Below are positions 1 to 10,993 of a stretch of DNA of 64,000 nucleotides, piece after piece. The translations under genes were made by a program, and so were the position numbers. The notes beneath the pieces are model-generated. The model saw nothing but the letters and a program-made list of their open reading frames with translations. It had not been told where the DNA came from and searched no databases. The first letter of the stretch is position 1. The number at the start of each line of letters is the position of its first letter. This stretch comes from a virus. Where the stretch lies: IMG/VR virus record IMGVR_UViG_3300032116_015770. The stretch is one strand, 5' to 3'.

Positions 1-2
1 TT

Positions 3-3000
3 TTTAGATTACCTGACGTTCCGATTAAGTATACCAATTCAGCATTATACCCATCTCATTTTTTTGATACTGTAAGTCATCACTTTGCAAACACTGCACC
101 TAATGTGTCCAGTCGTTCCTTTACTATGGAGACTTGGGTACAGACAGATAGTTTTGGTGGTAATACTACGCCTATATTTGTAGTAGGTACTACTGGTGCT
201 GGTAGAAATTATGGAATATTTTTAAATCATGGGGGTGCGGGGTTAAGTATTATGACCCCAAATATTACCAACACTGGTAACGTTATTACCGGGGGTCTGG
301 GTGATTTAGGAAATGCAAATGCTCGCGGAAATTTATGGGTCGGTACTGGTCAACTAACTACCGGAAGTTGGCATCATATTGCATTTACTCATAGTAATGT
401 AAATGGAAACCTAACAGTATTCTTGAATGGTAATGTGGTGAGAGAAGCCAATATTGGTTTTGTCAATATGACCCCGGTTCTTACCCAAAACGTTTACATT
501 GGTACAAGTCCAGACACATCAATTAATAACTTAAGAGGATGGGTATCTGGTGCCGCAATTACCGAGGGTTTAAAATATACATCTAATTTTACCCCTCTTC
601 GTGAACCCTTCCCAATTGCTGGTAATACCTTATTTAATTTAAATTTAAATAATAATGCCAGCTTCACAGCATATATTACACCAGCTAATGTCAGCATTTC
701 TGCTGGTAATGTAGATATTATACCTAGAGTACCAGGAAGAGCTACCGGGGGATCACCTAGATTAGATGGTTATCATTCACCATTTACTTCTACTCAGTTA
801 AGAGCTAACGTATCTCCTAACATGTATCATACGGGTAGAGCAGAAGAAAATGGATTACTATCTTATCAAGGCCTGGCTAGTTACAATAACAGCGGTTTGG
901 ATACTGGTCGAATTTATACTACTCTTAAGCCTTCAGATACTTCTTTAGATTTAGGTACCGACCCCTTTACAATAGAAGCATGGATATATCCAAATAGACA
1001 AAATAATGGTTATGGTCTTTGCGGTAAAGGTTCAACTACTACTGGGTTTAGTTTAGAAGTAGGTACTGTTACTACAAACTTATTGACATTTAGACATGGA
1101 AGCTCTGCAATAACAGCAACTACAGGGGCTATAAGTGTTTATTCTTGGCAGCATATTGTAATTCAAAGATCTAGTACAGGATCTAATGATTTTAGGATGT
1201 TTGTTAATGGTAGATTAGCTCATATTGATACTCTGTCAACAAATTTAACAGATGTAAATACCATATTCTATTTTCTTACTAATAGAACTAATTCTGGAAT
1301 GGCTGTTGATGCCAATCTTTACATTAATAATTTTAGAATTAGTAAAGTAGCAAGGTATCCTACTACTGATACTATTGGTGCATTAGCCTTCACTCCATCT
1401 AGATTACCGCTAACTTCAGACAATGATACATCGTTATTATTATTTAATAACTGGTGGACCGATATAACTATGTCACCCTATCTTGACGTAGGTCATCATC
1501 ATTTTTATGCCCATGATCCTGGTAATGAAAATAAAACTGTTGGAGCTAATCCGGTCTCTAATAAAAACTGGAGCGTATCATTTAACACTAATGCTGTAGG
1601 AATTAGAATTTACAACAGTACAACTAACACTGATGGTTTGAATGCAGATAGTAGTGATTTTGCATTTGGAACCGGTGATTTTACCTGGGAAATATTTGTA
1701 GCTAAAAAATCTCGCTTTAATAATGTAACTAGTACTACAGAAACAGGCTACTTATGGAATTGTAAAAGAGTTAATACTCCAGATGATGATAGCTTGGCTA
1801 TCTATGAAAATCACCAAGGAAAAATTTGTGTTGATTATGGTGATGGTACAAGATCCAGAATAATTCTAAGCTCAAGATCTAGTATAGCTGGTAGTATTGA
1901 AAAATGGTACCACATAGTTCTTCAACGTGTTAATAACAGACTTGCTTTGTATATTAATGGTATAAGAGAAGCAGAGGTGTTGTTCAGCACAGATATGCTA
2001 TGTAGAAACACCACACCATGTATAGGCACTCAAGGTTCCACAGGTGTAGTCACTCAACAAAATTCAAATTCTTTTAGAGGTTTCATGTCTAATTTACGAG
2101 TATTAAAAGGTAAAGCCTTTTATGCTGTAAATGGTGAAAATCCTATTAGATTCGAAGTACCTTCAGATCCTCTAGCTAATGATCCTGCCTGTGTATTATT
2201 AACTTTTAATAACCCTGCATTAATTGATCAATCTTTAGGTGGTAAAAATAAAGGTCAAAAATTAATACATGCAGGAGCATTAACTGACGCTACCGCTTTT
2301 GTTCATGGGGACTATAGTATTACTGCCTTTTCTCCTTTTAAAGAGAAACCTAAATCTTGGAGACAATCTCAAGGTATAGTAGCTGGTTATAATTTTAATG
2401 GTATTTACGGTTATAGCACGGGCGCTGCATCACACGGCTGGCATGGCCATGAGACATATTATCTAGGTATGGGTGAAACTCCATTCACTCTTGAATTCTG
2501 GTTCTATCTAGTTAAAGTTGCAGTATCCGGTAATACAACTTACCCCTATGTTTTCCGTAGTGGGTCCGAAAGCAGTGCATGGAGAGGTATACAGTTAGCT
2601 GTCCACTCTGTTGCAGCACAAAATGCAAATAGATACGGTGCTGTAAGTCTAAGAACATTCTCTGATACTGCAGCAAATAATATATTATCTGGTAACGAAT
2701 ATTCTATGTCTTTATCAGGTACTTATCATCATATTGCTTTGGTTTGTGATCCAGAAGCAACTAATAATAAGTATGCAATATTCGTAGATGGTCAATTAAG
2801 GTCTTGGTCGGGGTTAGGTGCTCAATTTAGTACTGATGACTACGGTGGTACACCATTAGAGTTTAGAGATGGGGCAAACGGTATTGTTCTTACAAGAAGA
2901 GCAAAGTACTCTACTTATCAACCAGTAATCACTGGTATATTTGATGAAAAACCAATCGAAGCATTTACAGCGTTTCAACCTATCACCACAACCATTCACC

Positions 3001-3815
3001 CGGTGCCGGGAGTTTCCTCTACTTCTGGAGCGTATTGTTCTGGTACCAGTGTAAAATATGTTCCTGAAATTGGTAATTTCGGGCGAGGAAGCATAGCAAT
3101 ACAACAACAAAGTGTTCAAAACTCAGGGGGCTTTTGGAATACTACTACTCCCCCCTATGGGTTTCAAGGTACAGATAGAATATATTTTGGTTGGATAGAT
3201 AACGATAATATGCCGGAAGATGGTTTTTCAGGTGATACATATGGAGATTTTACAGTAGAGGGATGGTTTGCCTGGAGAGGTGCAGCTAATCCTAACGACA
3301 GATATTTGTTTGAGTTAAGTAACTCTTTTGCTGTAAGGTTTGGAGGAGGTTCTAGAGGTGGTGAATATAGCATAAGATGGAATAATAATGACGCCTACAT
3401 GTATAATGTTCCTACTGCTAAAAATGCATTCACAACAAGCACAGGATCTAGTATAAATTTTGATCATATAGTGCTTCAAATGCGGGGTGGTAATTTTATG
3501 CTATTCCTAAATGGAAGATTAGTTTATACCTATTCTGTAAGCAGAGTACAAACTGCATATAACCCTATTGCACCCGCTACAAGTTATACTATGCAAGATG
3601 ATTATTCTAGTACAGGTGCTTATTTGCTTCTTGGAGGTGATAACGAACAAACTGGTGCTAAGTCATTTAGAGGATATATACAAGACATCAGATTATCCAG
3701 ACTTGCAAGATATGATGTAAAAGTTATTAATGGTGTAAGTGTTATGGTTCATAGAGGTACTAATACACCTGCCCTTCCAACTAAACCGTTCATACCACCT
3801 GTTTTAGTAAACTAA
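3..3815 (+). CDS. Large virion protein with about 5 LamG/ConA-like domains (5'-truncated)
   Basis: Frame is open from the window start. Repeated FT(I/M/W/L/V)E-x-W/F ... HI motifs typical of LamG domains; lies next to the neck genes. Confidence 0.7.
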   Translation, partial: FRLPDVPIKYTNSALYPSHFFDTVSHHFANTAPNVSSRSFTMETWVQTDSFGGNTTPIFVVGTTGAGRNYGIFLNHGGAGLSIMTPNITNTGNVITGGLGDLGNANARGNLWVGTGQLTTGSWHHIAFTHSNVNGNLTVFLNGNVVREANIGFVNMTPVLTQNVYIGTSPDTSINNLRGWVSGAAITEGLKYTSNFTPLREPFPIAGNTLFNLNLNNNASFTAYITPANVSISAGNVDIIPRVPGRATGGSPRLDGYHSPFTSTQLRANVSPNMYHTGRAEENGLLSYQGLASYNNSGLDTGRIYTTLKPSDTSLDLGTDPFTIEAWIYPNRQNNGYGLCGKGSTTTGFSLEVGTVTTNLLTFRHGSSAITATTGAISVYSWQHIVIQRSSTGSNDFRMFVNGRLAHIDTLSTNLTDVNTIFYFLTNRTNSGMAVDANLYINNFRISKVARYPTTDTIGALAFTPSRLPLTSDNDTSLLLFNNWWTDITMSPYLDVGHHHFYAHDPGNENKTVGANPVSNKNWSVSFNTNAVGIRIYNSTTNTDGLNADSSDFAFGTGDFTWEIFVAKKSRFNNVTSTTETGYLWNCKRVNTPDDDSLAIYENHQGKICVDYGDGTRSRIILSSRSSIAGSIEKWYHIVLQRVNNRLALYINGIREAEVLFSTDMLCRNTTPCIGTQGSTGVVTQQNSNSFRGFMSNLRVLKGKAFYAVNGENPIRFEVPSDPLANDPACVLLTFNNPALIDQSLGGKNKGQKLIHAGALTDATAFVHGDYSITAFSPFKEKPKSWRQSQGIVAGYNFNGIYGYSTGAASHGWHGHETYYLGMGETPFTLEFWFYLVKVAVSGNTTYPYVFRSGSESSAWRGIQLAVHSVAAQNANRYGAVSLRTFSDTAANNILSGNEYSMSLSGTYHHIALVCDPEATNNKYAIFVDGQLRSWSGLGAQFSTDDYGGTPLEFRDGANGIVLTRRAKYSTYQPVITGIFDEKPIEAFTAFQPITTTIHPVPGVSSTSGAYCSGTSVKYVPEIGNFGRGSIAIQQQSVQNSGGFWNTTTPPYGFQGTDRIYFGWIDNDNMPEDGFSGDTYGDFTVEGWFAWRGAANPNDRYLFELSNSFAVRFGGGSRGGEYSIRWNNNDAYMYNVPTAKNAFTTSTGSSINFDHIVLQMRGGNFMLFLNGRLVYTYSVSRVQTAYNPIAPATSYTMQDDYSSTGAYLLLGGDNEQTGAKSFRGYIQDIRLSRLARYDVKVINGVSVMVHRGTNTPALPTKPFIPPVLVN

Positions 3816-3816
3816 A

Positions 3817-4083
3817 ATGGAAGAATATTTAATAGTTAGAGATTATTTACTAGAGAGAATGCCGGAGGACTACACTATGTTCACTCCGTATCTTGAACCA
3901 CTAGAAGCATGTTATCAAAGATATATTGAAAACAGACTAACAGAAAATTTTGTTAATTTTAATTTTAACCGCATACCTTATTTTAATAATGAGTTAAGAT
4001 TTATGCCAGAAGGTTTAGAGGATAAAATAGATAATATGTATGCACTTTTTTTAGAGAAGGCTAGGGAACAATCTAATGTCTAA
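3817..4083 (+). CDS. Hypothetical protein
   Basis: Coupled ORF in the late operon. Confidence 0.6.
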   Translation: MEEYLIVRDYLLERMPEDYTMFTPYLEPLEACYQRYIENRLTENFVNFNFNRIPYFNNELRFMPEGLEDKIDNMYALFLEKAREQSNV

Positions 4084-5026
4084 TCCATCATCCAGACAGG
4101 GTTTAATTGATTACTGCTTAAGAGAGCTAGGTCACCCTGTTATTGAAATTAATGTTGATGATGATCAGATAGAAGATAGAATCGACGAAGCTTTTCAATT
4201 CTACCGAGAGTTTCATTATGATTCGGTAGAAATGGTTTATCTATCTGAAAAGGTGGTTGCTTCGAACGCTACTGTGTCAGGTAATGCAACAGTATTTACA
4301 GGTGGTGAATTAATTACCGGTAACATATCTAATGCTACTGCTTTCGTACATCAGGCACCTAACTCCACTCTATTAAATATCTACGATATCACCGGTACAT
4401 TTACTGATGGTGAATTAATTACAGGTAACAAATCAGGTACTATTGCAACTATATCCAACGTCAATAAAAATAATTACGATAACAGATACTTCAATTTAAC
4501 TGATTTAATTACCGGTGTTTCAAAGGTACTGCAGTTGTCCAATAAATCATCTGGTACTAGCATGTTTGACGTTCAGTATCAGCTTATGTTAAATAATATT
4601 CAATCTCTAACTAATACAGACATTATATATTATACCCAGCTCAAAACCCATTTTAATCTTATTAATGATTTAATGACCGGTCAAAAACCAGTACGTTTTA
4701 ATCGTCATATGAATAGATTATTTGTGGATATGAACTGGAGAAAAGACATTGCAATCGGTGACCATATCATCGTAGAAGCATTTAGAATTCTAGATCCTAA
4801 TACCTTTACAGATGTTTACAACGATTACTTTTTAAAGAAATACGCTACTGCTTTAATTAAGAAACAGTGGGGATCTAATCTTAAGAAGTTCGAAGGTGTA
4901 CAAATGCCTGGAGGGGTAACACTTAATGGCCAGAAAATATACGATGAAGCTGTAGATGAAATAAAGCAACTTCAATTAGACGCTCAATCAATCTATCAGC
5001 TACCTGTTGATTTCTTTGTCGGATAA
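4076..5026 (+). CDS. 13: Neck protein gp13
   Basis: LIDYCLRELGHPVIEINVDDDQ and KKQWGSNLKKF..MPGGVTLNG motifs; T4 synteny. Confidence 0.93.
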   Translation: MSNPSSRQGLIDYCLRELGHPVIEINVDDDQIEDRIDEAFQFYREFHYDSVEMVYLSEKVVASNATVSGNATVFTGGELITGNISNATAFVHQAPNSTLLNIYDITGTFTDGELITGNKSGTIATISNVNKNNYDNRYFNLTDLITGVSKVLQLSNKSSGTSMFDVQYQLMLNNIQSLTNTDIIYYTQLKTHFNLINDLMTGQKPVRFNRHMNRLFVDMNWRKDIAIGDHIIVEAFRILDPNTFTDVYNDYFLKKYATALIKKQWGSNLKKFEGVQMPGGVTLNGQKIYDEAVDEIKQLQLDAQSIYQLPVDFFVG

Positions 5027-5094
5027 ATACCTTCAAGGGACCACATATGGATTTTATGTGTTAATCAACTAAAAATCAATAGCAGTTTACCAAA

Positions 5095-5835
5095 ATGGCC
5101 ACAAATCATTATTTTCAATCAGGTAGGAACATAGGAAGAGCCTCAGAACAATTTCTGATGGAAGATCTTACTATTGAGTGTTTGAAAATATATGGTTTTG
5201 ATGTCTTTTATATACCTAGAAAATCAGTAAATTTTGATAATATTTTTACAGAAGATGCTCTTAATAAGTATGAGCATGCTTATCCTTTAGAAATGTACTT
5301 ACAAAACGTTACAGGTTTTGAAGGTGAGGGTGATCTATTATCTAAGTTTGGTGTTGAGATCAGAGACACAGCTACGTTCATTGTAGCAAGACGTCGCTGG
5401 GATGAAGTAGTAGCCAGAACTGGTAACGTACAATTAGAGAAAAGACCTGCTGAAGGTGATGTAATCTATTTCCCTTTAACAAAAGGTTACTTTGAAATTC
5501 GTAGAGTAGAAACAAAAGAACCTTTCTTCCAGGTTGGCCAGTTATATGTTTATAAACTAGAGTGTGAATTAATGCAGTACTCTGGTGAGAGATTTGATAC
5601 TGGTGATGGAGAAATTGATTCTATTGAAGAAATCTCATTAGATATTAAATCACATGAGCTATTGTTAGAAGACGGTGGATCATTACAACTAGAATATTTT
5701 ACTCCTTCTAGTATGATATTAGAGGGTTATACTATGGTTAATATAGATCCAGAATCTCAAAACGAGGCATTTTATAATAACATAGATATTCTTGACTTTA
5801 CAGAACGCAATCCATTTGGTGAGGTAATTGCGTAA
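5095..5835 (+). CDS. 14: Neck protein gp14
   Basis: SKFGVEIRD, RPAEGDVIYFP, FTERNPFG motifs; synteny. Confidence 0.93.
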   Translation: MATNHYFQSGRNIGRASEQFLMEDLTIECLKIYGFDVFYIPRKSVNFDNIFTEDALNKYEHAYPLEMYLQNVTGFEGEGDLLSKFGVEIRDTATFIVARRRWDEVVARTGNVQLEKRPAEGDVIYFPLTKGYFEIRRVETKEPFFQVGQLYVYKLECELMQYSGERFDTGDGEIDSIEEISLDIKSHELLLEDGGSLQLEYFTPSSMILEGYTMVNIDPESQNEAFYNNIDILDFTERNPFGEVIA

Positions 5836-6590
5836 TGTTAAACCAAAAATTTTATTGGGGAACTACCCGCAAAGCAATTATTGCTTTCGGCAACATGTTT
5901 AATAACATTCATATAGATAGAAGAAATGCTGCCGGGCAAGTTATTCAAACATTAAAAGTACCTTTATCATATGCTCCTAAGCAAAAATTTATTGCTAGAA
6001 TTACAGCGCAACCCGGAGACCCGATTCAAAGGGATCAAGTAGTAATACCTAGAATGGCTTTTGAAATTGTAGGTATTCAGTACGACCCTAATAGAAGAAT
6101 AAGCCTTGTACAGCAAAACCGTGGTACAAATAATACAGCAGATACTTTAAATTCACAATACGCACCTACGCCATATAATATTAATATGGCTTTATACTCA
6201 TATACAAAAAATCAAGACGATGGTTTACAAATCGTCGAACAAATACTTCCATACTTTAATCCTGATTTTAATTTATCCCTTAATGCTATTCCTCAGCTCG
6301 GAATTAAAAATGACTTACCTATCATTCTAGATTCCGTATCTTACGAGGATGATTATGAAGGAGACTTTAGAAATAGAAGAGCTATTATTTGGACATTAAA
6401 TTTTACTATGAAGCTTAACTACTTCGGTCCGATTAGTAAGCAAGGCATTATACGATCTACAAACGTCAATACATTTTCAAATCCTGAACTTACACAAAGA
6501 CAGCAAGCATACAACGTTACAGTTACACCTAACACAGCTGTTCCAGGCGATACATTTGATTTTGTTGAAACGTTTGAGGATTTTGAATGA
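5835..6590 (+). CDS. 15: Tail sheath stabilizer/terminator gp15
   Basis: AFGNMFNNI, VPLSYAPKQKF, QIVEQILPYFNP motifs. Confidence 0.93.
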   Translation: MLNQKFYWGTTRKAIIAFGNMFNNIHIDRRNAAGQVIQTLKVPLSYAPKQKFIARITAQPGDPIQRDQVVIPRMAFEIVGIQYDPNRRISLVQQNRGTNNTADTLNSQYAPTPYNINMALYSYTKNQDDGLQIVEQILPYFNPDFNLSLNAIPQLGIKNDLPIILDSVSYEDDYEGDFRNRRAIIWTLNFTMKLNYFGPISKQGIIRSTNVNTFSNPELTQRQQAYNVTVTPNTAVPGDTFDFVETFEDFE

Positions 6591-6991
6591 AAATGGAAAA
6601 AAAACTAAATGACCTTTTTAACATTTCCATAAAACCTGTTGATGTAGTAGATGTTAAAGAAGGTAAGTCTGAAGATAAAGACGACTTTACGGTTGCAAGA
6701 GAAACCTTGCGCGATATGATTACAAAAAATGAAGATGTGATTAATGATCTAGTATCTATTGCTAAGCAATCAGAACACCCGAGAGCGTTTGAAGTAGTAG
6801 CAGAACTAGTCAAAGCTCAAACAGGTCTTGCAAAAGAGTTAATGACGCTTCATAAGATTAAAAAAGATGTAGATGGTGAACAGGAACCTTCAAAAATAGG
6901 TACTCAAAACAATATTGTATTTGCAGGTTCCACCGCTGACTTAATGAAAATGATCTCAGCAGAAAGAGCAAAAATAATTGACTCAAAGTAA
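6587..6991 (+). CDS. 16: Terminase small subunit gp16
   Basis: HPRAFEV and FAGSTADLMK motifs; precedes gp17. Confidence 0.9.
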   Translation: MKMEKKLNDLFNISIKPVDVVDVKEGKSEDKDDFTVARETLRDMITKNEDVINDLVSIAKQSEHPRAFEVVAELVKAQTGLAKELMTLHKIKKDVDGEQEPSKIGTQNNIVFAGSTADLMKMISAERAKIIDSK

Positions 6992-8639
6992 AAATTCTTA
7001 TAACGGTAACAGGTCGTTAAAGCAGATTGGTTATGCAATTCCATATACTCAAGAACAAGTATATGAGCTCTTAAAATGTAAAGATGATCCAATCTACTTT
7101 ATAAAGACCCATTGTAAAATCGTATCTCTAGACTCAGAGATGCTGGTTCCGTTTGAGCTATACGGTTATCAAGAAAAATTTATTAATATTATTCAAGATA
7201 ACAGACGAGTAATTAGTATGCAGCCTCGTCAAATGGGTAAATCCCAAGTGGTAGCTGCTTACATTTTATGGTATACTCTATTCAACAATAATAAAACGGT
7301 TGCAATATTAGGTAACAAATCAGATGCGGCTATGGAAATTCTTGGCCGTTATCAGTTAATGTATGAAAATGTACCTATATGGATGCAACAAGGAATTAAG
7401 ACATGGAACAAAGGTGATGTGGAACTGGAAAACGGGTCTTCTGTTTTTACTGCCGCTACTTCTTCTGCTGGTATTAGAGGTAAGTCTGTTAATATACTTT
7501 ATGTTGACGAAGTAGCTATTATTCCAAACAATGTAGCTGAAAGCTTCTTTACATCTGTTTACCCTGTTGTATCTGCTGGTGAAACCACTAAGATTATTCT
7601 TACCTCTACCCCGCTAGGTTATAATCACTTCTGGAAATTCTGGAATGATGCAGAGAATAATGCTAATGGTTTTGTACCATTAAGAGTAGAATATTGGGAA
7701 CATCCAAAGCGAGATGCTAAATGGGCTGAAGAACAAAAACGTATACTTGGTGAGATTAAATTTAATCAAGAAGTCTTATGTGCATTCCTTGGTTCGTCTA
7801 ATACACTAATTAATGCAGATACAATTGCAAGATTATCTCCAGTTCCTTATGTATATTCTAAAGAAAATATTGATATACTAGAAGAACCAAAACCAGAACA
7901 CCTTTACTTTATTACAGTAGATACATCAAGAGGAGTTGGAGGTGATTACTCAGCCTTCACTGTAGTAGATTGTACAGATTATCCATTTACTGTAGTAGCT
8001 AAATATCGGGATAATAAAATTAGTCCTTTATTGTATCCTAATATTATTCATAAGATTGCTAAGGACTATAACAGTGCATATATTTTAGTAGAAATAAATG
8101 ATATCGGTCAACAAGTAGCTGATATCATTCATAATGATTTAGAGTATGAAAATATGCTTTGGGTAGGTAGTGATCCAAAGTATGGTCAATTTTTATCTAC
8201 ATCAGGAAGAAGCGCAGTTCTTGGTGTTAGAACTACCAAACAAATTAAACGAATTGGATGCGCATCATTAAAAACGTTAGTAGAAAATAATAAATTATTA
8301 GTATTTGATAAGGATATTATATCTGAATTTTCAACCTTTATCGAGCATAACGGATCGTTTGAAGCTGATGAGGGTTATCATGATGATTTAACCATGACAT
8401 TGGTTTTATTTGCGTGGGCGTCTAACGATATCTTGTTTAAAGATCTGATGAACGCTAACAATAGAAAGGCGTTGTTCAGCTCGCAAATGAAATCCATCGA
8501 AGAGGATTTAACTCCTTTTGGATTCGTAGATAACGGAATTTTACCAGAAGAAAAAGCTGAAGTTATCGATGGAGACTTATGGTTAACAGACAAATATCAT
8601 AAAGATTTAAGCGATTTTTTGCGTGATAGGTCATGGTAA
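6978..8639 (+). CDS. 17: Terminase large subunit gp17
   Basis: PRQMGKS Walker A, YVDE Walker B, STPLG, HDDL nuclease motif. Confidence 0.97.
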   Translation: MTQSKNSYNGNRSLKQIGYAIPYTQEQVYELLKCKDDPIYFIKTHCKIVSLDSEMLVPFELYGYQEKFINIIQDNRRVISMQPRQMGKSQVVAAYILWYTLFNNNKTVAILGNKSDAAMEILGRYQLMYENVPIWMQQGIKTWNKGDVELENGSSVFTAATSSAGIRGKSVNILYVDEVAIIPNNVAESFFTSVYPVVSAGETTKIILTSTPLGYNHFWKFWNDAENNANGFVPLRVEYWEHPKRDAKWAEEQKRILGEIKFNQEVLCAFLGSSNTLINADTIARLSPVPYVYSKENIDILEEPKPEHLYFITVDTSRGVGGDYSAFTVVDCTDYPFTVVAKYRDNKISPLLYPNIIHKIAKDYNSAYILVEINDIGQQVADIIHNDLEYENMLWVGSDPKYGQFLSTSGRSAVLGVRTTKQIKRIGCASLKTLVENNKLLVFDKDIISEFSTFIEHNGSFEADEGYHDDLTMTLVLFAWASNDILFKDLMNANNRKALFSSQMKSIEEDLTPFGFVDNGILPEEKAEVIDGDLWLTDKYHKDLSDFLRDRSW

Positions 8640-8655
8640 TTAAAAATTTTAAAAG

Positions 8656-8663
8656 TATAAATA
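8656..8663 (+). promoter_or_regulatory. T4-type late promoter TATAAATA (gp18)
   Basis: Exact gp55 consensus in the intergenic space; gp55 is encoded in the window. Confidence 0.85.
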
Positions 8664-8714
8664 TCCTAGTAGACAATATTTGTTATGAAATACTAACATC
8701 ATAAGGAGAATAAG

Positions 8715-10388
8715 ATGGCATTTCAGCTTTCACCAGGCGTGCTAGTTACAGAGAAGGACCTAACTTCGGTCGTTCCTTCCGTTGCTACTACAGCCGGCGG
8801 CTTTGCTGGCGCCTTCCAATGGGGACCTGCTGAGCAGGTTGTGACCGTAGATTCTGAAAATATGCTTGTAGAGAGATTTGGTGTACCTGACGATAACACG
8901 TACGAGTCATTCTTTACTGCTGCAAACTTCCTATCATACGGTAACAATCTACAAGTGGTTAGAGCAGTTCCTGCTGGCGCACGAAATGCAGTTGCTAATG
9001 CATCTGCTACAGCCGTATTAATTAAAAACGAAGATCAATATGTTGGATCATATCAAGATGGTGCAGGAAATGTAGGAGAGTTCGCAGCTAAGTATCCTGG
9101 TACCCTAGGTAATGGAATTAAAATTTCCATGGCTGATGGAGACACATATAGCACCTGGGCATATAAAGATTTATTCGACGCAGCACCTAATGTATCACCT
9201 TACGCATCAAGCTTTGGTGCAACTCGTGATGAGATGCATATCATTGTTATTGATGCTGATGGTAAGTGGACAGGTCAAAAAGATACTGTTCTAGAAAAAT
9301 TCCCATTTGTTTCTAAAGCTAAAGACGCAAAAAGATCAGACGGTACATCTATCTATTACAAGAACGTAATTAACGACCAGTCTAAGTATATTTGGTGGAT
9401 GGATCATCCAGCTAATATGACTAACTGGAATACCGCAGCTGATGGTGGTACAGTGTATGATGTTTTAGCTTCTAACGTTACTGTAACATTAAGTAACGGT
9501 ACTACATCTACCACACCAGTAGATGCTAATATTATTTCAGCAATCAATCTATTCAGCAACAGTGAAAAGTTTGACATCTCCTTATTCCCTGTAGGCCCTG
9601 CCTCTTCAGCAGTAGCAGCTGCTGCTATTGCAATGGCAGAAACTCGTAAAGATTGTATCGTGTTCTTATCACCTGAAAAGTCTGATGTAGTAAACAATAT
9701 TGGAAGTGAAGCAACAGATTCAATTGCATTTAGAAATCTACTCTCATCTTCCTCGTATGCTTCTATAGACTCGGGTTGGAAGTATCAATACGATAGATAT
9801 AACGATGTATATCGCTGGGTACCATTAAACGGAGATACAGCCGGTCTATGTGTAAGAACTGACTTTACTGCTGATCCATGGTTCTCACCAGGTGGGTTTA
9901 ACAGAGGACAAGTTAAGAATGTTGTTAAGCTAGCTTTCTCCCCAAGTGCTACTGAAAGAGATAGCTTATACAAAGCAGGAATAAACCCAATTGTTACTTT
10001 CCCAGGTCAGGGTACTGTCTTGTTTGGTGATAAGACAATGCTATCAAGACCTTCAGCGTTTGATAGAATTAATGTACGTAGATTGTTTATCGTACTTGAA
10101 AAAGCTATCGCTGTGGCTGCTAAGTACCAACTGTTTGAATTCAACGATGCGTTCACAAGAGCACAGTTTAGAAATCTTGTTGAGCCATTCTTGAGAGATG
10201 TTCAGGGTCGTCGTGGTATTGTTGAGTTTAAGGTAGTATGCGATGACACAAATAACACTTCGGCAGTAATTGATAGAAATGAGTTTGTTGCTGACATCTT
10301 TGTCAAACCAGCTCGTTCAATCAACTTTATCCAGTTGAATTTTATTGCAACTAGATCAGGTATTTCGTTCGAAGAAGTTGGAGCCTAA
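8715..10388 (+). CDS. 18: Tail sheath protein gp18
   Basis: SPGVLVTEKD N-terminus, WFSPGG, FDRINVRRLF, KPARSINFI. Confidence 0.97.
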   Translation: MAFQLSPGVLVTEKDLTSVVPSVATTAGGFAGAFQWGPAEQVVTVDSENMLVERFGVPDDNTYESFFTAANFLSYGNNLQVVRAVPAGARNAVANASATAVLIKNEDQYVGSYQDGAGNVGEFAAKYPGTLGNGIKISMADGDTYSTWAYKDLFDAAPNVSPYASSFGATRDEMHIIVIDADGKWTGQKDTVLEKFPFVSKAKDAKRSDGTSIYYKNVINDQSKYIWWMDHPANMTNWNTAADGGTVYDVLASNVTVTLSNGTTSTTPVDANIISAINLFSNSEKFDISLFPVGPASSAVAAAAIAMAETRKDCIVFLSPEKSDVVNNIGSEATDSIAFRNLLSSSSYASIDSGWKYQYDRYNDVYRWVPLNGDTAGLCVRTDFTADPWFSPGGFNRGQVKNVVKLAFSPSATERDSLYKAGINPIVTFPGQGTVLFGDKTMLSRPSAFDRINVRRLFIVLEKAIAVAAKYQLFEFNDAFTRAQFRNLVEPFLRDVQGRRGIVEFKVVCDDTNNTSAVIDRNEFVADIFVKPARSINFIQLNFIATRSGISFEEVGA

Positions 10389-10402
10389 TAGGGAGAGAAT
10401 AA

Positions 10403-10975
10403 ATGACAACATTTAATATAGAGCGTTTTAAATCTGCTCTTACCAATGGTGGCGCTCGCCCTAATCAGTTTGCAGTTCAGTTATCATACCCTACGTATGT
10501 AACTAACCAAAGCTTAGCTGTAGCGCGTTCACCGTTCTTAGTTAGTGTAGCAGAATTACCAGGTCAGACTGTTAATCCTGCGGTAGTGCAGTATAGAGGT
10601 CGTGAAGTTAAGTTTGTAGGTGATCGTATCTACGCACCATGGACCATTACAGTTCTAAACGATTCTGAAATGTCCATTAGAACAGCCATCGAGCAGTGGA
10701 TGGGAGGTATGGAAGACTATGCGTCTAAGATTGGTCGTATGGAACCTTCTACATACATGCGTGACTTCGATGTATTCCAACTAGATAGAAATGGAAACAT
10801 TTTAAAGTCATACAAGCTTGTAAATGCATTCCCAATTGAATTATCTCCTGTTGGTCTAGACTTCGGTGCTAATGATCAGATCTCGTCCTTTACAGTGACT
10901 TGGACTTATCAGCACTTTACCACATCGAGCAATCCATTGGGTAGCATTATTGATTTTGGTAGAATTTTTAGATAA
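10403..10975 (+). CDS. 19: Tail tube protein gp19
   Basis: GGARPNQF, GDRIYAPWTITVLND motifs. Confidence 0.95.
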   Translation: MTTFNIERFKSALTNGGARPNQFAVQLSYPTYVTNQSLAVARSPFLVSVAELPGQTVNPAVVQYRGREVKFVGDRIYAPWTITVLNDSEMSIRTAIEQWMGGMEDYASKIGRMEPSTYMRDFDVFQLDRNGNILKSYKLVNAFPIELSPVGLDFGANDQISSFTVTWTYQHFTTSSNPLGSIIDFGRIFR

Positions 10976-10993
10976 TATTTTTTATATAATTTA

